From: an uncultured Chloroflexia bacterium
GTDB taxonomy: Bacteria; Chloroflexota; Anaerolineae; CG2-30-64-16
Assembly: GCA_963774265.1 (NCBI GenBank)
Contig: CAVZDU010000002.1
Location: 544,001-608,000 of the forward strand
DNA length: 64,000 nucleotides
Direction: 5' to 3'
Numbering within the stretch: the stretch's first letter is position 1; each line of letters begins with the position of its first letter. The notes under the pieces are model-generated. The model saw only the letters and a program-made list of their open reading frames with translations, was not told the DNA's origin and searched no databases. The translations under genes were made by a program, and so were the position numbers. This document shows, piece after piece, positions 10,086-20,514 of this stretch.

Positions 10086-11486
10086 AAGGACAAGAAGCGC
10101 AGTCTCCGTATTGAAACAGACTCTTTTGGCTCCATCGAGGTGCCAGCAGATAAATACTGGGGCGCACAGACGCAACGCTCCCTGGACAATTTCAAGATCG
10201 GCGATGAATGCCTTCCTCGGCCTTTGATCCGAGCATTGGGCATCGTCAAGCGGTGTGCTGCACTATCAAATATCGCGCTGGATAACATTGATGAGAAAAT
10301 CGGCTATGCCATTGCTGATGCGGCCCAGGATGTGATTGACGGCAAGATGGACGACAACTTTCCTCTTGTTGTCTGGCAAACTGGTTCCGGCACGCAGTCA
10401 AACATGAACGCCAACGAGGTGATTTCCAATCTCGCCATCGAGCGGCTTGGTGGTACGCTAGGTTCGAAGACACCTGTACATCCCAATGATCACTGCAACC
10501 GCAGCCAGTCTTCAAATGATACCTTCCCAACGGCGATGCATATCGCTACGGTCGAGCAGCTACATCACGCACTGATCCCGGCCCTGGAACACTTACACAG
10601 GGCACTTCTCGAAAAATCCCAGGCATGGAATGACATCATCAAAGTCGGACGAACTCATTTGCAGGATGCGACCCCGCTCACACTGGGTCAGGAGTTTTCC
10701 GGTTACACCACGCAAGTGAAACTGGGTATCGATCGGGTCAACGACAGCCTCAAACGACTATATCCCCTCGCACAGGGCGGCACTGCGGTAGGCACAGGCT
10801 TGAACACAAAACCGGGGTTTGATCAGCAGTTTGCTGAGGAAGTTGCGAAGTTTACGAAGCTTCCCTTCATCTCCGCCCCAATAAGTTCGAAGCGCTGGCA
10901 ACCCACGACGCTATGGTGGAGATATCCGGGGTATTGAATACCATCGCCGTGAGCCTCAACAAAATAGCGAATGATATTCGCCTCTTGAGCTTCAGGCCCG
11001 CGCTGCGGTCTCGGCGAACTCTCCCTGCCTGAAAATGAGCCCGGCTCTTCCATCATGCCCGGCAAAGTAAATCCGACCCAATGTGAAGCCATGACCATGG
11101 TTTGTGCCCAGGTTATGGGCAATCACACTACGGTCACGTTTGCCGGAGCGCAAGGACACCTGGAACTGAACGTTTTCAAACCTGTCATTGTCTACAATGT
11201 GCTGCAGTCCATCCGCCTCATCGCAGATGCAGTCATGAGCCTGACCGATCATTGTATTGTGGGAATTGAGCCGAATATCGAACGAATATCGGAGCTGATG
11301 GAAAAATCTCTCATGCTCGTTACCGCCCTGACCCCACATATCGGTTACGACAACGCTGCCAGAATTGCAAAATCAGCTTTGCAGAACCACAGCACACTAC
11401 GTGAAGAGGCCGTTGCAGGTGGTTTCGTGACTGAAGAGGAATTCGACAGCTGGGTCCGCCCGGAAGCGATGATCGTCCCCAGGTGA
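10082..11486 (+). CDS. fumC: Class II fumarate hydratase, frameshifted
   Basis: [38 protein letters not shown] and the signature [15 protein letters not shown]; indels near 10087, 10880 and 10990. Confidence 0.92.
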
Positions 11487-11530
11487 TCTCACGGCCGCAT
11501 GATCGGGACAGGCCTATCTCGCCGGCTACA

Positions 11531-12646
11531 TCACCTCCCGCTCAGCTCCAGGAATTCCGACCGGGTACGCGCGTCCTTGCGAAAGTTGCCGCGCATAGCG
11601 CTGGTGACGGTGGCGCTGTTTTGCTTCTCAACCCCGCGCATCATCATGCAGAAATGATTCGCCTCAATCACGACGCCCGCGCCGAAGGGGCTCAGAATCT
11701 CCATCATCGCGTCTGCGATTTCGTTGGTCAGCCGTTCCTGCACCTGCAGCCGCCTCGCGTACATGTCCACGAGCCGCGCCACCTTGCTGAGGCCCAAGAT
11801 CCGTTCGTTAGGGATATAGCCGACGGTGGCATGCCCGAAGAAGGGCAGCATGTGATGCTCGCACATAGAGTAGAACTCGATGTCCTTGACGATGACCATC
11901 TCTTCGCAGCACGTCTCGAAGATGGCTTCGTGAACTACGTCTTCGAGCCTGGTGCGGTAGCCGCTGGTCAGGAAATCCAGGGCCTTGGCCACGCGCAACG
12001 GCGTCTTCCTGAGGCCCTCCCGATCCGCATCTTCGCCATACCTCACCAGCAGTTGCTGGATCAGGGATTCGACGTGCGGGTCGTACACCTCATCGACGAC
12101 CGCGTCGATGTCCGTGGCGAAATGCGCATCGAGCGCAGGACGCGATCCAGTAGTGTCCATGATGCGATGAAGCTCCTTTCCGGTGGAGTGGCTGGCAGCC
12201 GCGATCTGGCGTAACGTCAGTCCCGATTGCGGATGAACCCAATCAGGGGCCACGTCGGCCAGGGGCACGGCCACGTACGGGTAGCGTGCGATTTCCGGGT
12301 CGGGTATGGGCACGCCATCCAGATCCAGGGCCTGCTGCCCATAGAACGCGATGTCGAGGTCGATCGGCCGCGGCGCGTATTTATCCACCCCTCGCACCCG
12401 GCCCAGCGCCTGCTCGATGCTGCGCAGCGCCGCCTTCAGGTCGGCGGGCGCCAGGCTCGTCTCGATCAGCAGTGCGGCGTTATGGTAGGGCGGCTGCGGC
12501 GCCGAGGTGCCCACGGCCGCAGACTCGTAAATCGGGCTGACCGCGACCACCCGCATGGACGGATGTCGGCGCAGCCGGCTTGAGGCCAGCGGCACGTTGA
12601 CCCCGGGGGCAATGTTGCTCCCCACCGCGATGAGGACGAGCGGCAT
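11531..12646 (-). CDS. folE: FolK (HPPK) - GTP cyclohydrolase I fusion
   Basis: N-terminal half: [21 protein letters not shown]-terminal half: [54 protein letters not shown]. Confidence 0.88.
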   Translation of the reverse strand: MPLVLIAVGSNIAPGVNVPLASSRLRRHPSMRVVAVSPIYESAAVGTSAPQPPYHNAALLIETSLAPADLKAALRSIEQALGRVRGVDKYAPRPIDLDIAFYGQQALDLDGVPIPDPEIARYPYVAVPLADVAPDWVHPQSGLTLRQIAAASHSTGKELHRIMDTTGSRPALDAHFATDIDAVVDEVYDPHVESLIQQLLVRYGEDADREGLRKTPLRVAKALDFLTSGYRTRLEDVVHEAIFETCCEEMVIVKDIEFYSMCEHHMLPFFGHATVGYIPNERILGLSKVARLVDMYARRLQVQERLTNEIADAMMEILSPFGAGVVIEANHFCMMMRGVEKQNSATVTSAMRGNFRKDARTRSEFLELSGR

Positions 12647-12649
12647 CGC

Positions 12650-13039
12650 CTATGTCCCCAAATCCTGCCGACGCCGGTAGATCGTTACGCCCACCGAACG
12701 GGCAAAACGAAGTGCGCCCGGCTTCTCAACCGATAACTCCACCGCCGCCACGCGTGCGTCTTGGGCGAAGCAGAGCGCCACCAGGTCGGCGGCCAGGCGC
12801 TCCACCAGGTGCGGCCGGGCGTTCTCGATGTGGTTGATCAATGCCTTTGCGACGGAGCGATAGTTGACGGCGTCGGCTACATCATCACTGGCGCCGGCCG
12901 CCCGGGTGTCAACATAAAGGGTGGCATTCACAACGACGTCTTGCCGGTTCTGGCGCTCCTCCGGGTTGATGCCGACGATGCCGCGCACCATCAGGTCACG
13001 GATCGCGATGCGGTCGAGCGGCAACGCATCGGACTCCAT
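12650..13039 (-). CDS. folB: Dihydroneopterin aldolase/epimerase (FolB/FolX family)
   Basis: DRIAIRDL..GIVGINPEER..QDVVVN, VNYRSV, LVERLA, EKPGALRFARSVGV; start placed at MESDALP. Confidence 0.85.
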   Translation of the reverse strand: MESDALPLDRIAIRDLMVRGIVGINPEERQNRQDVVVNATLYVDTRAAGASDDVADAVNYRSVAKALINHIENARPHLVERLAADLVALCFAQDARVAAVELSVEKPGALRFARSVGVTIYRRRQDLGT

Positions 13040-13255
13040 GGCCGCGCCGGCTTCCGAGATTGCGGCTGAGCGGTCGGACGACATTCTTTCACAACTCCTG
13101 TGCGACCTGCAGTATGCCTCTGTTGATCGAGGTTGATCACCTACTATCCGATTATGCCACAAGATCACGGACACTGCCTAAGGACGCGGAGCCGAGTCAG
13201 AGAATCGCGGCCCCTGGCATCCAGAACGCTTTTCATGCCCCTGACTTGAACGAAA

Positions 13256-13287
13256 CAGAGCCCGCGGACCAAAATCCGTGGGCTCTG
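13256..13287 (-). terminator. Hairpin terminator closing the left arm of the island
   Basis: Minus strand CAGAGCCCACGGA-TTTTGG-TCCGCGGGCTCTG followed by TTTCGTT, about 40 bp after the gcvH stop. Confidence 0.65.
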
Positions 13288-13325
13288 TGCTATATAGAGA
13301 ATTCGCGGGTGGCGGCCTCGGCTGC

Positions 13326-13733
13326 TCAGTGCCCTCCCTGCTGTTCTTCCTCCAACACGAAGGCTTCGTACGCGGTCGCATCCATCAGTCCGGCCAACTC
13401 ATCCGGCCGAGCCGGCCGCAGTTTGGCCAGCCACGCCTGGCCATAGGGGTCCTGGTTGATGAGCTCGGGCCTGGCTCCGAGCGCCTGGTTCACCTCGACC
13501 ACTTCACCGCTGATCGGTGAGTACGCGTCGCCCGACGCCTTTACGGATTCGATCACTGCCATGGAGTCACCCGCAGCAATGGTGGCGCCAACCGCGGGCA
13601 GCTCCACCCACATCACATCAGAGAGCTGCTTCTGGGCATAATCCGACACCCCGACAACCGCCAGTGCGCCGTCAAGCCGCACCCACGCGTGTGTCGGTGA
13701 ATACTTCGCAACCACGTCATACTGATAGCCCAT
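13326..13733 (-). CDS. gcvH: Glycine cleavage H-like lipoyl carrier protein (orphan)
   Basis: YSPTHAWV, VGVSDYAQ, lipoyl-Lys motif IESVKASGD, INQDPYGQAWL; AGGAGG RBS. Confidence 0.88.
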   Translation of the reverse strand: MGYQYDVVAKYSPTHAWVRLDGALAVVGVSDYAQKQLSDVMWVELPAVGATIAAGDSMAVIESVKASGDAYSPISGEVVEVNQALGARPELINQDPYGQAWLAKLRPARPDELAGLMDATAYEAFVLEEEQQGGH

Positions 13734-13776
13734 CTTTCCTCCTATGAGCCTTTAAGTTTCGGCGGGATAGCATCCG

Positions 13777-14664
13777 TCACACCGCGCGGCCTGCAGCTCG
13801 CTGGCCGCGATAGTAATTCAGATAGCCCTTGCCTGCCGGATCGGAGCCTGTCAGAAAATCCAACCCGCGGGTGATCCACGGCAGAAGCGGCGTCCGGGGA
13901 TCGATCATCGCCACGTCCAGCCCCCACGAGACCGCGGCCGCGAAGAAGGCCAGGTCCAGGATGCGCGGCTGGGGCATGAGATGGCCGGCGTTGCTGATCC
14001 CCAACAGCGTCGGCACGCCCAGCTCCTCGTGTAAGGCTTTCAGCGTCTCCAGCGTGACGTGCATGCTGTCGGGCGCCACGCTGGTCGGCAGGCAGACCGC
14101 ATCGATGAGGACATCTTCACGCGGGATGCCGTGCGCCTCGGCCGCCTGCACGATCCGCCGGGCCACCATGAGACGCTCCTGCACAGTCTTCGGAACGCCG
14201 CCCTCGTACACCAGTCCCGTGCCGATAGCTGCGCCGTGCCGCGCGATAATGGGCAGCATCGTGCGCAGATTCTCACACTCGCCCGTCACCGAGTTGCAGA
14301 GCGCCTTATGCGGATACACAGCCAGCGCGCAATCCACCGTCTGAGGATCACGGGAGTCGACCGCGATGCACGCGCCGGTCGATGCGTACACAGCCTCGAC
14401 TAGCCGGGGCAACAACTTGCGTTCGAGAGGCGCGAGGTCAGGCGCCATCAACTGAACATTGAACACGGGTAGACCGAGCGCCACGCCATCATGTGCTAGC
14501 CGCACCAGGCTGTCGAAACGCCCTTCCTCTAGCTCCGCCCGTACCTCAGGGCGCTCGCACTCATAGCCGCACTGGTCGTTCACGCAGAGCGTCGCCGCGT
14601 CCGGACCGAAGGGAATCGCGCCTGCGGCGTTCGAGAGCTTGCCGGCCGAGGGATGGCTGGTCAT
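13777..14664 (-). CDS. Pterin-binding (DHPS-like) methylcorrinoid:tetrahydropterin methyltransferase, AcsE/MetH-like, divergent
   Basis: IAVDS, LCNSVTGE, GIPREDVLIDAVCLP, TLLGISN and GLDVAMIDP motifs. Confidence 0.75.
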   Translation of the reverse strand: MTSHPSAGKLSNAAGAIPFGPDAATLCVNDQCGYECERPEVRAELEEGRFDSLVRLAHDGVALGLPVFNVQLMAPDLAPLERKLLPRLVEAVYASTGACIAVDSRDPQTVDCALAVYPHKALCNSVTGECENLRTMLPIIARHGAAIGTGLVYEGGVPKTVQERLMVARRIVQAAEAHGIPREDVLIDAVCLPTSVAPDSMHVTLETLKALHEELGVPTLLGISNAGHLMPQPRILDLAFFAAAVSWGLDVAMIDPRTPLLPWITRGLDFLTGSDPAGKGYLNYYRGQRAAGRAV

Positions 14665-14676
14665 GCGTTGTCCCGA

Positions 14677-15783
14677 TCAGATGCTGGCGTCTGCCAGGAG
14701 CGCCTGTGATTTGGCATCGAAGATGCGCAGCCCGGCCACGGGGAAGTCCATCCAGATTGGCGCACCGATCTCCATGCGCACCATCGCGCCGACAATCGCC
14801 TTCACATGAAGGTCGCCGCACATCAATGTCAGCAGCGTTTCCTTGCCGAGCACCTCGGAGATGTAGACCGTAGCGGCAATGGCGCCTGGCGTCCCCGCCG
14901 TCACGACCTGCACATCCTCAGGCCGGATGCCCAACACCACCTCAGCTCCCTCTGGCACGCTCGCAAGCTGCCCGCGCAGCACCTCCGGCACTGTGATCTC
15001 GAAGTGGGGCGAAGCGATCTTCCAATCCTGCTTGTCCAGCTTTCCCGGCAAGAAGTTCATTCCCGGATTGCCGATGAATCCACCCACGAAGGTGTTCTTC
15101 GGGTGAAGGTACACGTCCTCGGGATACCCGATTTGCAGAACCCGACCCCCGCTCATGACCACCAATTGATCTGCCAGCGTCATAGCCTCGGCCTGGTCGT
15201 GCGTCACGTACACTGTCGTCACGCCCAGATCACGCTGCAGCCGCTTCAGCTCCGCACGCATACTCACGCGCAACTTGGCGTCGAGGTTCGACAGCGGCTC
15301 ATCCATCAGGAACACTTCAGGCCGGCGGACAATGGCGCGGCCGATGGCGACACGCTGCATCTGACCGCCCGACAGCTGGCGAGGCAGCCGGTCCAGCAGC
15401 TCCCCGATGCCGAGGATCTCGGCAGTCTCATCCACCCGCCGCCGGATCTCCGGGCGCGGAGTGCGCCGCGCCTCGAGCGGAAACGCGATGTTCTTCCGGA
15501 CGGTCATGTGGGGATAGAGCGCGTAGCTCTGGAACACCATCGCGATGTTGCGATCCCAGGCGGGCACATGCGCCACCTCTTTGTCGCCGATGAAGATTTC
15601 ACCCGCGGTCGGCTCTTCCAGCCCTGCGAGCATCCTCAGCAAGGTTGTCTTGCCGCAGCCTGACGATCCAACCAGGACAGTCAGCTTCTTGTCCAGGAAC
15701 TCCAGGGTGATATCCTCTGCAGCCACCGTGTTGCCGAAGTGTTTCGAGATGTTGCGTACAAGGACTTTGGTCATCCAGGACAC
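14677..15783 (-). CDS. Carbohydrate ABC transporter ATP-binding protein (MalK-like)
   Basis: GSSGCGKT, MVFQSYALYPHMTV, LSGGQMQR, FLMDEPLSNLD, YVTHDQ; TOBE domain. Confidence 0.93.
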   Translation of the reverse strand: MSWMTKVLVRNISKHFGNTVAAEDITLEFLDKKLTVLVGSSGCGKTTLLRMLAGLEEPTAGEIFIGDKEVAHVPAWDRNIAMVFQSYALYPHMTVRKNIAFPLEARRTPRPEIRRRVDETAEILGIGELLDRLPRQLSGGQMQRVAIGRAIVRRPEVFLMDEPLSNLDAKLRVSMRAELKRLQRDLGVTTVYVTHDQAEAMTLADQLVVMSGGRVLQIGYPEDVYLHPKNTFVGGFIGNPGMNFLPGKLDKQDWKIASPHFEITVPEVLRGQLASVPEGAEVVLGIRPEDVQVVTAGTPGAIAATVYISEVLGKETLLTLMCGDLHVKAIVGAMVRMEIGAPIWMDFPVAGLRIFDAKSQALLADASI

Positions 15784-15835
15784 CTTTCTGTCGTCACGTC
15801 AAGCCTCAGGCCAGCCAGGTGAACAAGCAATCGAT

Positions 15836-16687
15836 CTAGTACTTCACCGCGCCTGCGGTGAGGCCGCGGATTACCCAACGCTGGAAAATCAGAACGATCA
15901 CGACCACCGGCAACAGGGCCAGCACAACGCCTGCCGAGATCCAGGTCCATTGTTGGCGGAATGCGAACGAGAAGTTCTGGATCGCCACAGGAATGGTCTG
16001 CACATCTTCGATCCCCAAGGTCACGACGGAAGCAAGCATGAACTCACCGTAGGAACCGATGAACGCGAACATGCCGGCCGCGAACATGCCTGGGAGCGAC
16101 AGCGGAATGATGACGCGGAGAAAGATCTGAAACGGCTTATAACCGTCGACTTTGGCGGCGTCCTCCAGTTCCCAAGGCAGCTCAGCGTAATAGCTGGCCA
16201 GCAGCCACGTCGCCAGGGGCACGCAGTAGAACATGTTCGGTATCACCATGGCCGGCAATGACTTGAGCAGGCCAATCGACTTAAGCAGCACAAACGTGGG
16301 AGCGATCGTCACGACAGGTGGAATCATTGCGCCGAGTTGAAGCAGCACCAGCGACTCTACCTTGTAGCGGAAACGCAGCCGGGCGACCGCGTAGGCGGCA
16401 GTGGACGAGACCACGAGGCACAGCGCCGCAGTTGAGAGCGAAACGATGAAGCTGTTGCGCAACGGGATCAGGAAGCCCAGCTCCAGAATAACCTGCCGGT
16501 ACGCGTCCAGGGTCGGCTCTCGCGGCCAGAGACTGATAGGCTTCAGGTACTCAGTCCCCATGGGCTTTAGGGAGGTGCTGAAGACCCAAAAAAGCGGGAT
16601 CATGCAGAACAGGGTGATCACGATCGTGGCCAGAAGCGAAAGCCCACGGTCGATCGTCTTGTTGTGTCGCTGCAGCCAGTCTTTCAT
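15836..16687 (-). CDS. Carbohydrate ABC transporter permease (MalG-like)
   Basis: EAA loop ELEDAAKVDG; six TM helices; C-terminal RGLTAGAVK. Confidence 0.92.
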   Translation of the reverse strand: MKDWLQRHNKTIDRGLSLLATIVITLFCMIPLFWVFSTSLKPMGTEYLKPISLWPREPTLDAYRQVILELGFLIPLRNSFIVSLSTAALCLVVSSTAAYAVARLRFRYKVESLVLLQLGAMIPPVVTIAPTFVLLKSIGLLKSLPAMVIPNMFYCVPLATWLLASYYAELPWELEDAAKVDGYKPFQIFLRVIIPLSLPGMFAAGMFAFIGSYGEFMLASVVTLGIEDVQTIPVAIQNFSFAFRQQWTWISAGVVLALLPVVVIVLIFQRWVIRGLTAGAVKY

Positions 16688-17849
16688 GCGCCTTTAAACC
16701 TCAAGTTCTTGCGGATCCGGCTCACGTAGAAGAAACCGAGGATCAGCACGATCACGAACACCACCATGCCGTAGGCCGAGCCCTGCCCGAACTGAGCGCG
16801 GCTGAAGTAGAATTTGTAGGCGAACGAGCTGAGTGTCTCGGTCGTCACACCGGGACCGCCCTTGGTCAGGCCGTAGATCAGATCGAAGGTGCGAATCGCG
16901 TCCATCGAGCGGAACAGCAGCGCGACGGCGATGGTCGGGGCCAGCAGCGGCAGCGTCAGCCGGCGGAAGCGATAGAAGCCGCGGGCCCCATCCACCTTTG
17001 CCGCATCGTAAATGTCCTGCGGTATGACCGCGAGCCCGCCTATCATCAGGATGGCGATCATAGACGACATCTTCCAGACGTCAGCCAGGATCACGGAGAA
17101 CCTGGCAAGCAGCGGATCGACGAGAAAGAGCGGCACTGACTTGAGAAGGCCCCACTGAACGAGCAGGCTGCCCAGACCCACGTCGGCGTTATAAAACCAC
17201 TTCCAGATTGCCGCTGAAATGATCGGCGGAATGGCCCAGGGGATGATGATCATGGATCGCAAGAAACCGGTCCAGTGTTTCCCCACCCAGAACGTCGCCA
17301 TCGCCATCCCTAGCCCGATCCAAAACTCGAAGAACACGGCCACGACCGTGAAGAGAAACGTCCAGCTCAGCGCGGACAGGAAATTCTTGCTGCGAAACAC
17401 GCTGGCGTAGTTGGCTAATCCAATGAAGGTCTCGGAGGTCCATTTGGTCGTGTGATCCAGTTCGTGAAAGCTATAGATGATAGTCTGCGCAATTTGATAA
17501 TAGTAAAAGAGGATGATGCCGACGACCGCGGGCAGCACGAACAGAAGCGCCAGTTCGGGCTCAGTCAACGTGATTCGGCGGAAGCCTCCCAGCCCGAAGC
17601 CAAGCGCCAGGCTTCCAACGATCGCCACGACGGCAGGCACAATGGCAAGCGCCGGCTGCACCACGAACATCAATGCCGCGACTATATACATCGCGCCCAC
17701 CGCTACGATCGCAGATACCGCCAGATTCGACCGCGGCCGCTCACGAGCACCCTTGCGCGCGCGAGCATGACCATTCCGAGGAAAAGGAGGCCCACGATCA
17801 AGACGTAGAAAAGCAGTATGCGAGCTACCGCCGTGAATGTGTTGCTCAA
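16684..17849 (-). CDS. Carbohydrate ABC transporter permease (MalF-like) with extra N-terminal TM helices; one frameshift near 17725
   Basis: FIGLANY, DIYDAAKVDGA, TKGGPG; probable TTG start at 17849 after GGAAAGG gives a hydrophobic ILLFYVLIVGLLFLGMVML helix. Confidence 0.85.
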
Positions 17850-17875
17850 AGCATCGACCTTTCCGCTGTCTTAGC

Positions 17876-17925
17876 AAAAACGGCTCTGAGGGCGGAAGGC
17901 GCTCTGGCCTTCCGCCCTCGAGCAG
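17876..17925 (-). terminator. Stem-loop after the solute-binding protein gene (attenuating terminator or mRNA stabiliser)
   Basis: GAGGGCGGAAGGC-N6-GCCTTCCGCCCTC perfect 13-bp stem, followed on the minus strand by a T5 run. Confidence 0.6.
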
Positions 17926-17931
17926 AGCTAC

Positions 17932-19353
17932 CTATTTGGCCAAGGCGTCGATCTGTTCGCAGGCATCATCCAGCGCAGTCTGAGCCGGCTTGAGGCCGGT
18001 CAGGGCGGCATGGATTTCCTCGGACAGAATCGATGTGATATCAGCGAACTTGGGAGACGGAATGGGCGGGATTGCCGTGTCCGCCACCTTCTGAATCAGC
18101 GGCATGTTCGGGTTGTTCTTGATGACGTCTGGGTCTGAGTAGACGTCCATGTGCGCCTGCACCGGGCCCTGCGACAGGTTGAATGCCTTCTGGACCGGGA
18201 AGTCGAACATCACCTCGAGCACCTTCGCGGCCGCTTCCGGGTTGTCCGAGAACTTGTTGATGGAGAAGCCCCAGCCCTCGAAGAAACCCGCGCCCTTGCC
18301 TGGCACGGTGGCCGGCATGGGGATGAAGCCCCACTTGTCGACGATCTTCGACTGCTTCGGGTCATTCAGCCAGAACATCATGTCCTGGCGTCCGGTGTGG
18401 AAGACCGCCTCGCCGCTGACGAAGCGCACCTGCGACTCCTCTTCCTTCCAGGTCAGGGCCTCTTTGGGGGTGATGCCCTTGTCAAACAGGCTCTTCATGA
18501 AGGTGAGCGCGGCCAGGCCCTTCTCGTCGTTCATCGCGCACTTGCCGTCTGCATCGAAGTACGTACCGCCGTAGCCGTTCAGGAACTCGACCCAGCGGTT
18601 GACGAGGACCTGATCCTTCAGCGCGGGCCAGGTCCAGCCGCTCATGCCCGGGTTTGCCTTCATGAGCGTCTTCGCGGCAGCGACCAGTTCGTCGTAGGTC
18701 TCGGGAGGCTTGATGCCGGCCGCTTCGAGCAGGTCTTTGCGATAGTACAGCCCGCCGATGCCGCCCCACCAGGGCCCCAGGGCCAGCAGCTTCCCATCGG
18801 CCGTGAAGGCTTCCAGGTAAGACGGGTTGAGCTTCGCAAGGATGTCTGGGTTGATCAGGTCGTTGAGCGGCATGAGCCAGCCGGCCTGCAGCGAACTCCG
18901 GCAGCCAGTAGAGGCCCATGCCGATCAGGTCGGTCGTGCCGTCCTCAGCCTGGAACCAGGCGAGGTAGTTGTCGCGCCAGGGACCCGCCTCGTACGGCAT
19001 GATGTTGAGCTGAACGTCGATGTTGGGGTACTTCTTGGCGACTTCTTCCCGGATGGCATCAATCGGGGGGCTGGCCGGCCCAAAGGTCTTCTCGAAGTAG
19101 CCGTTGTACGCGATCGTCACGATTTCCTTCTCCACAGGGACCTCGACGGTGACAACCTTCTCGACCTCCTTCACGACCTCTTTGGGAACCTCGACCGTCT
19201 GAATAACGGTCTTCTCGACTTGCTTCTGAACTCGACCACCTGGGTCACGACCTTCTCCACCACCTGGGGAGTCGGTGCGGCGCAAGAGGTCAGCAAGGGC
19301 AGGACGATCATCATCGCGACCAGGACTAGCCGGAAAGTGCTCTTCTTTGACAT
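17932..19353 (-). CDS. Extracellular solute-binding lipoprotein, family 1 (sugar type), frameshifted
   Basis: Lipobox LLTSC; V/E/K-rich linker; LYYRKDLLEAAG..PETYDEL; GWGFSINKFS; indels near 19230 and 18890. Confidence 0.88.
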
Positions 19354-19487
19354 GTTAGCTCCTCCCTGAAGCTGATCCTTGAAGGACTCAGACTGGCGTA
19401 ACAAGCTTCGGATCTGCCGGAATGCGATGTCTTGGCAGGGGTTCCCTCCTCTCTCTTACCCGGGCGATAGGGCGTGCGGCCTAACCC

Positions 19488-20462
19488 TCATTCCCAGAAA
19501 TTGTGCGGCCAGGCATGCGCCTCCAGCGCAGCCAGGTCGCTGTCGGGCAGCGGCCCCCGGTCGGAGGCGGCTACGTTCTCGCGCGCATGATGTGGTTTGC
19601 GCATGCCAGTAACCACCGTCGTGACGGCCGGGTGGCTCAGGCAGAACCGCAGTGCGGCCTGGGCGAGCGTGTCGCCCTCCTCGCGGAGCAGGAATTTGAG
19701 CCGCTCTGCCCGCTCCGCCACCTCGCGCCGGCGATCGCCGGAGAAGTAGAAATCCAGGAAGCTTCCCTCGGGGAACGTCGTTTCGGGCGTGATCTTGCCG
19801 GTCAACGCGCCTTCGTCGAGCGGGGATTTGACGATGATGCCGACTTGTCTCTTCAAGCGCCAGCGGGAACAGCCCCTGCTCCGGTGCTTGCTCCCAGATG
19901 TTGTACGTGACCTCACAGGCGTCGATCAAGCCGGTGGCGATGGCCTCGTGCGCCATAGTCGGGCTCCAGCGGATAGTTCAGCGACAGGCCGAACGCGGCC
20001 ACTTTCCCTTGCTGCTTCAGTTGCAGAAAGGCCTCTTTCCATTCATCCTGGCCGGCCCATTCGTCCAGCCAGACGTGCAGCAGCTGCAGGTCCAGGCACT
20101 CGACGCCGAGCCGCTTGAGGCTCTTCTCGGTGGACTCGATGATCCAGGATTTCGGAAACACCTCGGCAAGCGGTGTGCCAGGCGCGGCCGGCCACTTGAA
20201 GTTCATCGGATTGACCTTGGTGGAAACGTAGATGCGCCCAGGCCAGCGAGCCACGGCCTGCCCCACGAGCTCTTCGCTCAGGCCATCGCCATAGTTGGGC
20301 GCAGTGTCAACGAAATTGACGCCCAGACTCGAAGGCCGCCCGCATGGACGCCAGCGACTCCTCATTATCGGCCCCGGCCCACCAGGCCCCACCGATGCCC
20401 CAGGCTCCGAACCCAATCTCAGAAACCTGAAAGCCCGTCTTGCCAAGCTGTCGATAACGCAT
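19488..20462 (-). CDS. Aldo/keto reductase, frameshifted
   Basis: MRYRQLGKTGFQVSEIGFGAWGIGG; GVNFVDTAPNYGDG; STEKSLKRLG..DLQLLH; LAQAALRFCLSHPAV. Confidence 0.88.
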
Positions 20463-20514
20463 AGGTTATGCTCCTTATTGCAGTGAAGGATTGTCTGGAA
20501 CGATGCCAGTCTGA

